Shown piece after piece: positions 56,000 to 64,000 of a stretch of 64,000 bases of DNA. The position numbers and the translations under genes were made by a program. Each line of letters starts with the position of its first letter. The stretch's first letter is position 1. The stretch spans positions 48,977-112,976 of the forward strand of contig CAZLPS010000001.1 of assembly GCA_964561455.1 (NCBI GenBank), given 5' to 3'. This DNA comes from an uncultured Opitutales bacterium (GTDB lineage: Bacteria; Verrucomicrobiota; Verrucomicrobiia; Opitutales; JABDGR01). The notes beneath the pieces are model-generated. The model saw only the letters and a program-made list of their open reading frames with translations, ran no database searches and was not told the DNA's origin.

Positions 56000-57913
56000 A
56001 TGTTCAAATTCATCCGCATCGCCATTTTTGCCATGCTGGCTGCAGCCTCCGCTCACTTGGCGGGCGCGGATCTGCCGCCGCCACCCAACCAGGTGGTCCT
56101 GCAACTGAAATGGAAGCACCAGTTCCAATTCGCCGGCTATTATGCGGCCATCGCCCAGGGCTTTTACAAGGACGCCGGCCTCGACGTGGTTTTGCATGAG
56201 GCCGAGCCCGGCCAGGATGCCGTGCGCGAGGTCTTGAGCGGACGCGCCAATTTTGGCGTGGGCACCTCGGATCTCCTCCTCAAGCGTCAACATGGCGACC
56301 CGGTGGTCGTCCTGGCGGCGATTTTCCAGCATTCGCCGCTCGTGTTGCTCACGCGCGAAGGCAGCGGCATCAAGGACATCCAGGACGTGCTTAACCAGCC
56401 CATCATGATCGAGCCGGAATCCGCCGAGTTGTATGCTTATTTCAAATATGAAGGCGTGGACCCCGCCAAACTCAAGGTTGTGCCGCACACCTTTGACATC
56501 GCCGACCTGCTGTCGGGCAAAGTCGCCGCGATGTCCGCCTATTCCACGGATGAGCCTTACCGCCTGACGCAGGCCGGGGTCAAGCCGCTGGTGTTCACGC
56601 CGCGCGCCGGGGGTATTGATTTTTATGGCGACAACCTTTTCACCACGGAAGCGGAGCTGCGCGACCATCCTGACCGCGTGCGTGCTTTCCGCGAGGCCAG
56701 CCTTAAAGGCTGGCAATTTGCGATGGACCATCCGGAGCAAATCGTGGACCTCATCCTTAAGACTTATAACACTCAGGGCAAAACCCGCGAGCAACTGTTG
56801 TTTGAAGCCCGGCAGACTGCCGATTTGATGCATCCCGAATTAATTGAGGTTGGCCACATGAATCCCGGCCGGTGGCAGCGCATGGCTGAAACCTACGCCG
56901 AATTCAACATGCTGCCGCGCGATTTCCCCCTTGTCGGCTTCCTGTATGACCCCAATCCCACGCCCAATTTTGTTCCGTTGTATTGGACTCTCGCCATTGT
57001 TTCGGTCATGGCGCTGGTCGCCTGGGCTTGGATTTTGCCGCTGCACCGGCTAAATTCGCGCCTGCGCGAAAACCTCGCTCGCGAACATGCCCTGTCCGTG
57101 GAATTGGGCCATGCCAAGAACGCCGCTGAATCCTTGTTGGTGGAATTGCGCCAGGCCAAGGACGCCGCCGAGTCCGCCGACGACGCCAAGGGCCGCTATC
57201 TCGCCGTGATGTCCCACGAGGTGCGCACGCCCCTGAGCGGGCTCATCAGTCTCACTGAGCTTTTGCAGGAGGAAATGCCGGCGCCCGAACGCCAGCAGAC
57301 CCTCGCCATCATGCGCACCACCGGCGAGGAAATGCTCAAACTTATCAATGATATCCTGGAGTATTCCAAAATTGAATCCGGCCGCCTCGAACTCGATCAA
57401 CAGCAAATGGAAGTCTCGGCGCTGGTGGACGACCTCTGCCGTCTCTATTCGGCCTCGGCCAGGGAGAAATCCCTCGAATTCAAGGTCGAGGTGGCGCCCG
57501 GAACTCCCGCCGTCATTAACACCGACGTGCAGCGCGTGCGGCAAATTCTCAGCAATTTGCTGGTCAACGCGCTCAAATTTACGGAATCCGGCCAGGTCTC
57601 CCTTGCGCTAAGTGCCCGCCGCGAGCCCGCCGCCACCCTGCCCGGCGCCCCGCCGTTGTGGCGTTGGCACTTCGTGGTGCAGGACACCGGCTTGGGGATT
57701 TCTCCGGTGCAGGCTTCCGGGTTATTTAATCCTTATGCCCAAGCCCATCCCGGCATTGCCCGGCGATTTGGCGGCACTGGTTTGGGCTTGGCCATTTCCC
57801 GGCAGTTGGCGCGGCTCCTCGGTGGTGATCTGGTCCTGGCCGAAAGCGCACCCGGTCGCGGTGCAACTTTCGTCTTGGAAATCGTCGCTCAGGATGGCGC
57901 AATGCCCGCGTAA
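56000..57913 (+). CDS. Sensor histidine kinase with periplasmic NMT1/THI5-type binding domain
   Basis: LKWKHQFQFAGYYAA, DFYGD.LFT, one TM, MSHEVRTPL, NALKFT, DTGLG, GGTGLGL; no receiver domain. Confidence 0.88.
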   Translation: MFKFIRIAIFAMLAAASAHLAGADLPPPPNQVVLQLKWKHQFQFAGYYAAIAQGFYKDAGLDVVLHEAEPGQDAVREVLSGRANFGVGTSDLLLKRQHGDPVVVLAAIFQHSPLVLLTREGSGIKDIQDVLNQPIMIEPESAELYAYFKYEGVDPAKLKVVPHTFDIADLLSGKVAAMSAYSTDEPYRLTQAGVKPLVFTPRAGGIDFYGDNLFTTEAELRDHPDRVRAFREASLKGWQFAMDHPEQIVDLILKTYNTQGKTREQLLFEARQTADLMHPELIEVGHMNPGRWQRMAETYAEFNMLPRDFPLVGFLYDPNPTPNFVPLYWTLAIVSVMALVAWAWILPLHRLNSRLRENLAREHALSVELGHAKNAAESLLVELRQAKDAAESADDAKGRYLAVMSHEVRTPLSGLISLTELLQEEMPAPERQQTLAIMRTTGEEMLKLINDILEYSKIESGRLELDQQQMEVSALVDDLCRLYSASAREKSLEFKVEVAPGTPAVINTDVQRVRQILSNLLVNALKFTESGQVSLALSARREPAATLPGAPPLWRWHFVVQDTGLGISPVQASGLFNPYAQAHPGIARRFGGTGLGLAISRQLARLLGGDLVLAESAPGRGATFVLEIVAQDGAMPA

Positions 57914-57986
57914 ACCTCAAAGACCTGTTTGAACTCATGGGCCGCATTATTCTAGATTTCGGCCATCCCAACGGTGGGCTGTTTGC

Positions 57987-58047
57987 CCAAATGTCCAAAT
58001 TCAATTTCAGCTCGGATTTTGGAATTTGAGATTTGTAATCTGAATTT
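57987..58047. repeat. Degenerate heptamer repeats in inverted arrangement between the two kinase genes
   Basis: CCAAATG TCCAAAT TCAATTT followed by GGATTTT GGAATTT GAGATTT GTAATCT GAATTT. Confidence 0.55.
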
Positions 58048-58182
58048 CTTGGTTAAGGGCTGCCCTAAGGTAATCACCCCAATCCATTTACATTCCCTTC
58101 CCTTGTCGCTTCCGCTTGAACACCCGTTTGATTTTCAATATTGAATCTAATGGATTTCGGGCCTCGCCATTCTACCTGCCGC

Positions 58183-60048
58183 ATGAGTTTTCTGGGCATT
58201 TTCCTGGCCGCATGCTTCGCGCTTTTGCGTATTCCTGTTTTGGCGGCCGACACCCCGCCAACGGGTGCCCAGATCAAACTCCAGCTGAAGTGGTTGTACC
58301 AGGGCCAGTTTGCCGGTTACATTGTCGCCGTGGAGAAAGGCTACTACCGTGATGCCGGCCTTGACGTCACCCTCCTCGAAGGCCGGCCGGATTTTGATCC
58401 GACGCAGGCGGTCCTCGATGGCCACGCCAATTATGGCGTCGGCAACTCCGACCTCTTGCTGTTTCGCGCCAAAGGCCAGCCGGTCGTGGTCTTGGCCGAC
58501 ATCTTTCAGCACTCGCCGCTGGTACTCGTGTCCCGCGCCGCCAGCGGGGCGACCGACTTGCAGGCGCTGTACAACAAAAAGATCATGTGGATTCCCTCCG
58601 AGGCGGCGGAGATTATTGCTTATTTCAAACATGAGGGCGTGGACCCGTCCAAGCTCCACGCCCAGCCCCACTCGTTTAACCTCGAGGATTTTATCTCGGG
58701 GAAGGTGGATGCCATGTCCGCCTACAGCACCGACGAACCCTATAAACTCAAATTGCGCGGTTTCGATTTTTACACCTTTGTCCCGCGCTCGGGCGGCATT
58801 GATTTTTACGGCGACTGCCTCTTCACTACCGAAAGGGAAATTCGCGACCATCCCGATCGCGTGCGCGCCTTCCGCGAGGCCAGTCTCAAGGGTTGGAAAT
58901 ACGCCATGGATCACCCGGACGAGATCATTGACCTCATCCTCCGGAAATACAACGGCCAGGCCAACACCCGCGAATACCTGCAATACGAGGCGCAGCAGAT
59001 CGCAGAGTTGATGCACCCCGAATTGATCGAAGTCGGCCATATCAACCCGGGGCGGTGGGAGCATATTGCGGACACTTATGCCGATCTGGGCATGATGCCG
59101 CGCGATTTTCCGCTCACGGGATTTCTCTACGACCCGAATCCCAAGCCCAATTATGGGCCGTTATATTGGACGCTCGCGATCGTTTCGCTCATCGCTCTCG
59201 CGGCGCTCCTGTGGGCCTTTCCGCTCTACCGCCTGAATTTGCGCCTGCGCGAAAATTTGGCCCGCGAACACGCGCTGCTGCTGGAGCTGGGCAAAGCCAA
59301 AGATGCCGCCGAAGCCGCGGATCAGGCCAAGAGCCGCTACCTTGCGGTGATGTCTCACGAGGTTCGCACCCCCCTGAGCGGGCTCATCAGCCTGACGGAA
59401 CTCTTGCAGACGGAAAAGCAGCCGGAGGAACGGGAGCAAATGCTGGCCGTCATGCATACCACGGGCGAGGAAATGCTGAAGTTGATCAATGACATTCTCG
59501 AATTCTCGAAAATCGAGTCAGGCAGCCTTGAGTTGGAGAAAAATCCAATGGAGTTGTCCGCGTTGGTGGAGGACTTGCACCGGCTCTATTCCGCGTCCGC
59601 GATGGAGAAATCCCTGGATTTCAAGCTGGTGGTCGCCCCGGGAACCCCGGAGGTGATTCATACGGACGTGCGTCGCCTGCGGCAGATTCTGAGCAACCTG
59701 CTCGGCAATGCGCTCAAGTTCACCGACGCCGGTTCGGTTTCCCTCGAGGTCAGCGCCCGTCCTGAAACCACCGCTCCCCACGCCCCACCGCTCTGGCGGT
59801 GGCGGTTTGCTGTCAGGGACACGGGCCTGGGCCTCACTGCGGAACAAGCGATCGGACTTTTCAACCCTTACACGCAGGCCCACGCGGGCATCGCGCGCCG
59901 GTTTGGCGGCACGGGCCTCGGTTTGGCCATTTCCCGCCAGTTGGCGCGGCTCCTGGGCGGCGATTTGACCCTGGCCGACAGCGCGCCGGGTAAAGGCGCA
60001 ACCTTTGTGCTGGAAATTGTTGCATTGGACGGGGGCGAGCCAAAGTGA
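58183..60048 (+). CDS. Sensor histidine kinase with periplasmic NMT1/THI5-type domain (tandem paralog)
   Basis: Colinear with 56000-57913 over its whole length; same H-box and ATPase motifs; no receiver domain. Confidence 0.88.
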   Translation: MSFLGIFLAACFALLRIPVLAADTPPTGAQIKLQLKWLYQGQFAGYIVAVEKGYYRDAGLDVTLLEGRPDFDPTQAVLDGHANYGVGNSDLLLFRAKGQPVVVLADIFQHSPLVLVSRAASGATDLQALYNKKIMWIPSEAAEIIAYFKHEGVDPSKLHAQPHSFNLEDFISGKVDAMSAYSTDEPYKLKLRGFDFYTFVPRSGGIDFYGDCLFTTEREIRDHPDRVRAFREASLKGWKYAMDHPDEIIDLILRKYNGQANTREYLQYEAQQIAELMHPELIEVGHINPGRWEHIADTYADLGMMPRDFPLTGFLYDPNPKPNYGPLYWTLAIVSLIALAALLWAFPLYRLNLRLRENLAREHALLLELGKAKDAAEAADQAKSRYLAVMSHEVRTPLSGLISLTELLQTEKQPEEREQMLAVMHTTGEEMLKLINDILEFSKIESGSLELEKNPMELSALVEDLHRLYSASAMEKSLDFKLVVAPGTPEVIHTDVRRLRQILSNLLGNALKFTDAGSVSLEVSARPETTAPHAPPLWRWRFAVRDTGLGLTAEQAIGLFNPYTQAHAGIARRFGGTGLGLAISRQLARLLGGDLTLADSAPGKGATFVLEIVALDGGEPK

Positions 60049-60082
60049 TAGAACCGCCCCGCACCCTCACGGGAATTCCAAC

Positions 60083-61270
60083 ATGACCCGCGAGCCTACG
60101 CAAACACCGGACGACCCCGTCGAATACCCCGCCGGCACGGCCCCGCCCATGCTGCCGGGCGGCTACCAATGGTTGCGCACCGGGGCGCGTGCCCTGGCCA
60201 AGATGTTGGAGGCGATTGATCAGGCCCAAACCAGTATTCGCCTGGAAATGTATACCATCCAGCCCGGACAGCTCGGCGAGAAATTCCGCGATGCGCTCAT
60301 TGCGGCGGCCCAACGCGGGGTGCAGGTGCGGGTGCTGATGGATGGTGTGGGTTCGATGCATTTGAGCCATGAGTTTTGGCAGCCATTGACGGCCGCTGGC
60401 GGCGAATACCGTTTTTTTAACCTCCCCGGGCGCATTCGCTTCGGCCTCCGCGACCATCGCAAGCTCATGGTCTGTGATGACCATTTGGCGTTTGTGGGCG
60501 GGGTCAACATCGGCCCGGAGTACCTTGGCGACGGCGTGACGTCGGGCTGGCGGGATTTGGCGGTGCAATTTCAGGGCGCGCTGGCGCGGGCTTTGGGCGG
60601 CGCCTTCGATGAGATGTTTGCCCACGCCAAATTCAAGCACCCGAGCTTCGCCTGGCTCCGCCACGCCATCCGCCAGCGTCGGCTGATAGTGGGCCATTCC
60701 ACGGTGTTGCTCATTGCGCCCGGCTGGCGGCACAATCCCATGATTCGCCTGCTCGCGCGCGATTTTCAACACGCGGAGTCCATCCGCATCATGGCCGCCT
60801 ATTTCCTGCCGACCGGCCGGGTCCTGCATGCCTTGCGACGCGCGGCCCGCCGCGGTGCCAAAGTGCAGCTGATTCTCGCCGGAATTTCCGATGTGCCGCA
60901 CATGCGCATGGCCGCGCGCAGCCTTTATCACCGGCTGCTGAAGAGCGGCGTGGAGATTTATGAATACCAGCCGCAGATCCTCCACGCCAAAATGATCATT
61001 GTGGATGAAAATATTGTTTACGCGGGCTCGGCCAATTTCGACGTGCGCAGTCTGCATTTGAACTACGAATTGCTCTTGCGCGTTGAGCACCAGCGCCTGG
61101 CCCACGAAGCCGGTGAAATCTTCACCGCCGACCTCGCGCACTGCCATCGCGTGGAAATCGACGCCTGGCTCAAAACCCGCCATTGGTGGCGCCGCTGGTT
61201 GGACAATTGCGCCTATTTCTTGGCCGCCCGCATTGACCCCTTTCTCAGCAGCTTTTCCTGGCGCCGGTGA
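60083..61270 (+). CDS. cls: Cardiolipin synthase / phospholipase D family (ClsB-like, no N-terminal TM)
   Basis: Two HKD motifs HRKLMVCD and HAKMIIVD; GGVNIG, WRD, GSANFD.RS. Confidence 0.88.
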   Translation: MTREPTQTPDDPVEYPAGTAPPMLPGGYQWLRTGARALAKMLEAIDQAQTSIRLEMYTIQPGQLGEKFRDALIAAAQRGVQVRVLMDGVGSMHLSHEFWQPLTAAGGEYRFFNLPGRIRFGLRDHRKLMVCDDHLAFVGGVNIGPEYLGDGVTSGWRDLAVQFQGALARALGGAFDEMFAHAKFKHPSFAWLRHAIRQRRLIVGHSTVLLIAPGWRHNPMIRLLARDFQHAESIRIMAAYFLPTGRVLHALRRAARRGAKVQLILAGISDVPHMRMAARSLYHRLLKSGVEIYEYQPQILHAKMIIVDENIVYAGSANFDVRSLHLNYELLLRVEHQRLAHEAGEIFTADLAHCHRVEIDAWLKTRHWWRRWLDNCAYFLAARIDPFLSSFSWRR

Positions 61271-61334
61271 GGATTTCGCGAATATTTTGCAGGCTCTTGC
61301 GGCGGACGCGGGGCTAATTCCTTTGCCGGAATCA

Positions 61335-62978
61335 TCAAGGCGTCGGCCCTGGACTCGGTGTCGCATATACTGGACCTGTCATAATGAAGGTGGCTTTCAA
61401 AGATCGCGTCCACAGCGTCTGGCGCGGGCCGTTGACGAGTTGGAGGGGCGGAATGTCATTTATAGGATTGCCGTTGAGGATGACGCCGCTGAATCGCGGC
61501 TCATTTTCGGCGGGGTTGGGCGAGTCCGGAACCTCGAAAATAGTCTGCACCACTTCCACGACATATTTGATGCCGTCTTTCAAAGGGTAAACCATGTTCG
61601 GATAAGTCGATACTGGCGTGGAACTGGCTGTTCCCATGCGAACCTGCGCCTCGAACCCGCCGCGAATCTGAAAAAAGGAACGGCCAATGGGTGCCCGATT
61701 ATTGGCCACAGCGGCAGAGATGAGAGTTCCCGGGCGGATGGGCGTTGCGGGCCGCGTTGTTCCCTCCGGATAAATGAACATCTCTTCGGTCAGGCCCGCT
61801 TGATGCTTATCGTCCACCAGTACTTCCACTGGCTCCAAGCCGGATTGCGAAATGAAGGGCGTTAAGTCGTCCAACCCTGATGCTCCGGGTTGGCCCGCCC
61901 GGGCGAATCGCGTGAGTTCGCTCGGACTGGAATTGTGGCGCTGCGTGGACATTTCCGCCTCCAGCACCGCTTGCACCTGAATTTTTATGGGGTGGCGGTC
62001 TGTGGCATCGGCAGTTGCAGGGGTTGGAGATAAATTGGGCACCGGCGACAGAGAGGTGACGACGCCTTTTTCAGTTACAAGAAAACGATAGGGTGGATAC
62101 GGGCCCAGAAAGCGCGTGAGCGTAACTTCATAGCCTGCGCCGGTTAATTTTGCGGTGGCCCCTTCAAAGCCCCGTTCGGCGGGATTTGTGCAAAAGCGAA
62201 ATTCCGTGCCGCTGGTTTGGGTGCGAATTTCAGCCGGCAGATTTCTCCAAGCCAGGGACCTCGCCCAATCCTTGTTGCCCACCGGCGCGTCCACAAATTG
62301 CCAGCTTCCAAGTAAGGCCGTTACCCTATCCCAATCTTCCCGGCTGACGGGCTCGCGTACGTAAACGTTGAGGCCAAACTTGTTTCCATTCCGGAAAAAA
62401 TACAGACGGAGGGTCGAAACGCCTGGATCTGCCCCGGGCTCGAACGCGTTTTTGGCGATCAGGGCGTGGAGATCTTTGACAGTTGGGTCTGCCTCCACCG
62501 CCAGCGGCGTTGATGCCAGGTCGGCCAAACCCATGGCAATATATATTTCCCCCGGCAGTAGCTGCTGGGCAACGGAAACCGGTTGGGTTTGCCCTCCCAG
62601 CGAAGCCATTTCCTTCGCCACGCTGGCGGAAAACAATTCCGCCGGCAGTTGGGTTTGCCCTCCCAGCCAAGCCATTTCCTTCAGGTTCAAATCCGGCCGC
62701 CGATTGTCAATGGTGAGGAACCAGATGGCCCCGCCGTCGGGCAGGGGAGTGGCAAACGGTTTTTGACCAATTCGCCAATCCTTCGGTACTTCGACGCTAA
62801 ATCCATATTCCTTGTTTTCGTATACTTGGATTGAAGGATTGGGGGCGGCAGGCGTTACGCTTGCCGGCGCAATATCGGAGACTGAATGCGTGGCGTTCGG
62901 CGGGACAGTGCTATCCGCGCCGTCCAAGGGGATTGCGCCTTTCAGCAGGCAGAGAAGTGCCAGCAGGTAATTTTTCAT
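61335..62978 (-). CDS. Hypothetical secreted protein with PsbP-like N-terminal segment and internal 22-aa duplication
   Basis: Signal-peptide-like N-terminus; YENKEYGFSVEVPKDW; long uninterrupted ORF. Confidence 0.65.
   Translation of the reverse strand: MKNYLLALLCLLKGAIPLDGADSTVPPNATHSVSDIAPASVTPAAPNPSIQVYENKEYGFSVEVPKDWRIGQKPFATPLPDGGAIWFLTIDNRRPDLNLKEMAWLGGQTQLPAELFSASVAKEMASLGGQTQPVSVAQQLLPGEIYIAMGLADLASTPLAVEADPTVKDLHALIAKNAFEPGADPGVSTLRLYFFRNGNKFGLNVYVREPVSREDWDRVTALLGSWQFVDAPVGNKDWARSLAWRNLPAEIRTQTSGTEFRFCTNPAERGFEGATAKLTGAGYEVTLTRFLGPYPPYRFLVTEKGVVTSLSPVPNLSPTPATADATDRHPIKIQVQAVLEAEMSTQRHNSSPSELTRFARAGQPGASGLDDLTPFISQSGLEPVEVLVDDKHQAGLTEEMFIYPEGTTRPATPIRPGTLISAAVANNRAPIGRSFFQIRGGFEAQVRMGTASSTPVSTYPNMVYPLKDGIKYVVEVVQTIFEVPDSPNPAENEPRFSGVILNGNPINDIPPLQLVNGPRQTLWTRSLKATFIMTGPVYATPSPGPTP
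62582..62682. repeat. 35-nt direct repeat with 66-nt period inside the CDS
   Basis: 62582-62616 vs 62648-62682 match at 34/35 nt. Confidence 0.9.
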
Positions 62979-63000
62979 CGGACGGTTCGAATGAGAGAGT

Positions 63001-64000
63001 TTAAGGAAGTGCTGAGCTCGGCGCTGGCGGATGGAACTTCGCCTTGCTGCCCACTATTTCATCAACCACTTTTTGATCCGCTCCCGGATTCTTGAGCAGC
63101 CGGGCGACGCACGCGTCGGCGAGCTGGGCCAGGGTGGCGTCGATTGCCGCCGGTTCTGTGGCGTCGCGCAATGCCAGGGCGCGGCGAAACAAATCCACGC
63201 AGGCGGCATCGAGCGCCGGATCGGCAATATTTTCCAGGGCCTTGATGATTGTAATTTGTTCGCCAAGGCTTACCGGCTGATGGCCTTTGAATGATGCCAC
63301 CCAGCCCTGGGCGTCCACGGTTTTGAGCATCTCGGTGGCGCGATCCCATTGGGGATGCGGGTAAATCTGGGTCGTGCTGGAGGAGTTGACTCCGCCGACG
63401 CTGGTCGTGGTGCGGTGCAACAAAATAGCCCCCCTTAAGTTCCAGTCCGGCGGCAACGTGCCAGCCGCATCAATGGGGACGGGGGGAGTTTCGGCCGTCT
63501 GAGTTCTCATCGGGTCCGTTACGGCGAGGATAAAAGTATTGCCCCACTGTTTTTGGGCGGTGGTTAGCAGCGTGGCGCGGGTGGCGGCGTCAGGCTCGGC
63601 GAGGTATTTGGTGGTAAAATCGGTCACGCGCTGGCGGTGCCATTCGGCGATGGGGAGGGCGAGATATTTGAGGGCCGCGGATTTGGCGGCATCGGGGTAG
63701 TAAAACGCCAGCCGTTCAAAGGCATCTTGGTGCTGGGTGCGGAAATTGACAAATTGAAGGCGGTGAAAGGCCTCGCCGGTGGCGTCTTGGACAAGCGAGT
63801 CGCGATGTTGCTCCGGGGTGAGGTTGGCCCAGTCCCGGCGGGCGGCCTCGGCGAGGGCGGGGGTGTGGAGCGGCGAATCAATGACGGCGTTGCTGGTGCC
63901 CTGATAGCGGGCCACGATCAGGGTGCGATCCACAATTTGGCCGAGTAACACATAGCACAAATCGCCCACGCGAACCGTATAACTGTCGCCGGGGCCGGAA
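63001..64000 (-). CDS. Hypothetical protein, 5'-truncated by window edge
   Basis: Frame stays open to the window end (SGPGDSYTVRVGDLCYVLLGQIVDR...); 22 bp from the next same-strand gene. Confidence 0.65.
   Translation of the reverse strand, partial: SGPGDSYTVRVGDLCYVLLGQIVDRTLIVARYQGTSNAVIDSPLHTPALAEAARRDWANLTPEQHRDSLVQDATGEAFHRLQFVNFRTQHQDAFERLAFYYPDAAKSAALKYLALPIAEWHRQRVTDFTTKYLAEPDAATRATLLTTAQKQWGNTFILAVTDPMRTQTAETPPVPIDAAGTLPPDWNLRGAILLHRTTTSVGGVNSSSTTQIYPHPQWDRATEMLKTVDAQGWVASFKGHQPVSLGEQITIIKALENIADPALDAACVDLFRRALALRDATEPAAIDATLAQLADACVARLLKNPGADQKVVDEIVGSKAKFHPPAPSSALP

Noticed and set aside
59861-61366. 501-aa minus-strand ORF (also 11903-13093, 13397-14668, 20039-21199, 31084-32277 and others)
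   Set aside because: Antisense shadows of well-supported genes in high-GC DNA, with no recognisable motifs

Overview
GC-rich bacterial window, most consistent with a Verrucomicrobiota (Opitutales-like) genome; this taxonomy is inferred from gene content, not from a search. 1-6.9 kb: housekeeping and accessory genes (partial GH63-like hydrolase, purU, glutamine-dependent nadE, gmhB-like phosphatase, alpha/beta hydrolase), an antitoxin-like gene with a cryptic toxin-like partner broken by two in-frame stops, and a GbsR/MarR-type regulator with a palindromic operator. 7.2-53.5 kb: a ~46 kb surface-glycan locus, almost all on the + strand. It encodes nucleotide-sugar enzymes (uxs, ugd, two gmd paralogs, manC, kdsB, kdsD, WbpA-like, wecB/wecC, PglF/E/D/C-like), three O-antigen ligase/Wzy-like proteins, an MviN-type flippase and many glycosyltransferases. 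It also holds a nonulosonate module made of two fusion enzymes (NeuA+HAD; NeuB+D-lyxose-isomerase-like cupin), an ACP/FabH/ACP/FkbH plus GNAT acyl-decoration cassette, and a stand-alone EpsI gene. A lipoprotein gene and yefM-yoeB are inserted near its start. 53.7-64 kb: HAF-repeat secreted protein, DUF1653, ankyrin protein, two tandem NMT1/THI5-sensor histidine kinases, cardiolipin synthase and two hypothetical proteins. Several intergenic short-period (7/8/9-nt) repeats, some as inverted pairs, are scattered through the window. No rRNA, tRNA, CRISPR array or transposase was recognised. Best candidates for new biology are the putative self-contained Kdn-like pathway and the ACP-dependent (glyceryl?) acylation of a bacillosamine-type sugar. 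All family assignments come from motif recognition by eye; start codons were often moved from the ORF track to the more plausible ATG.
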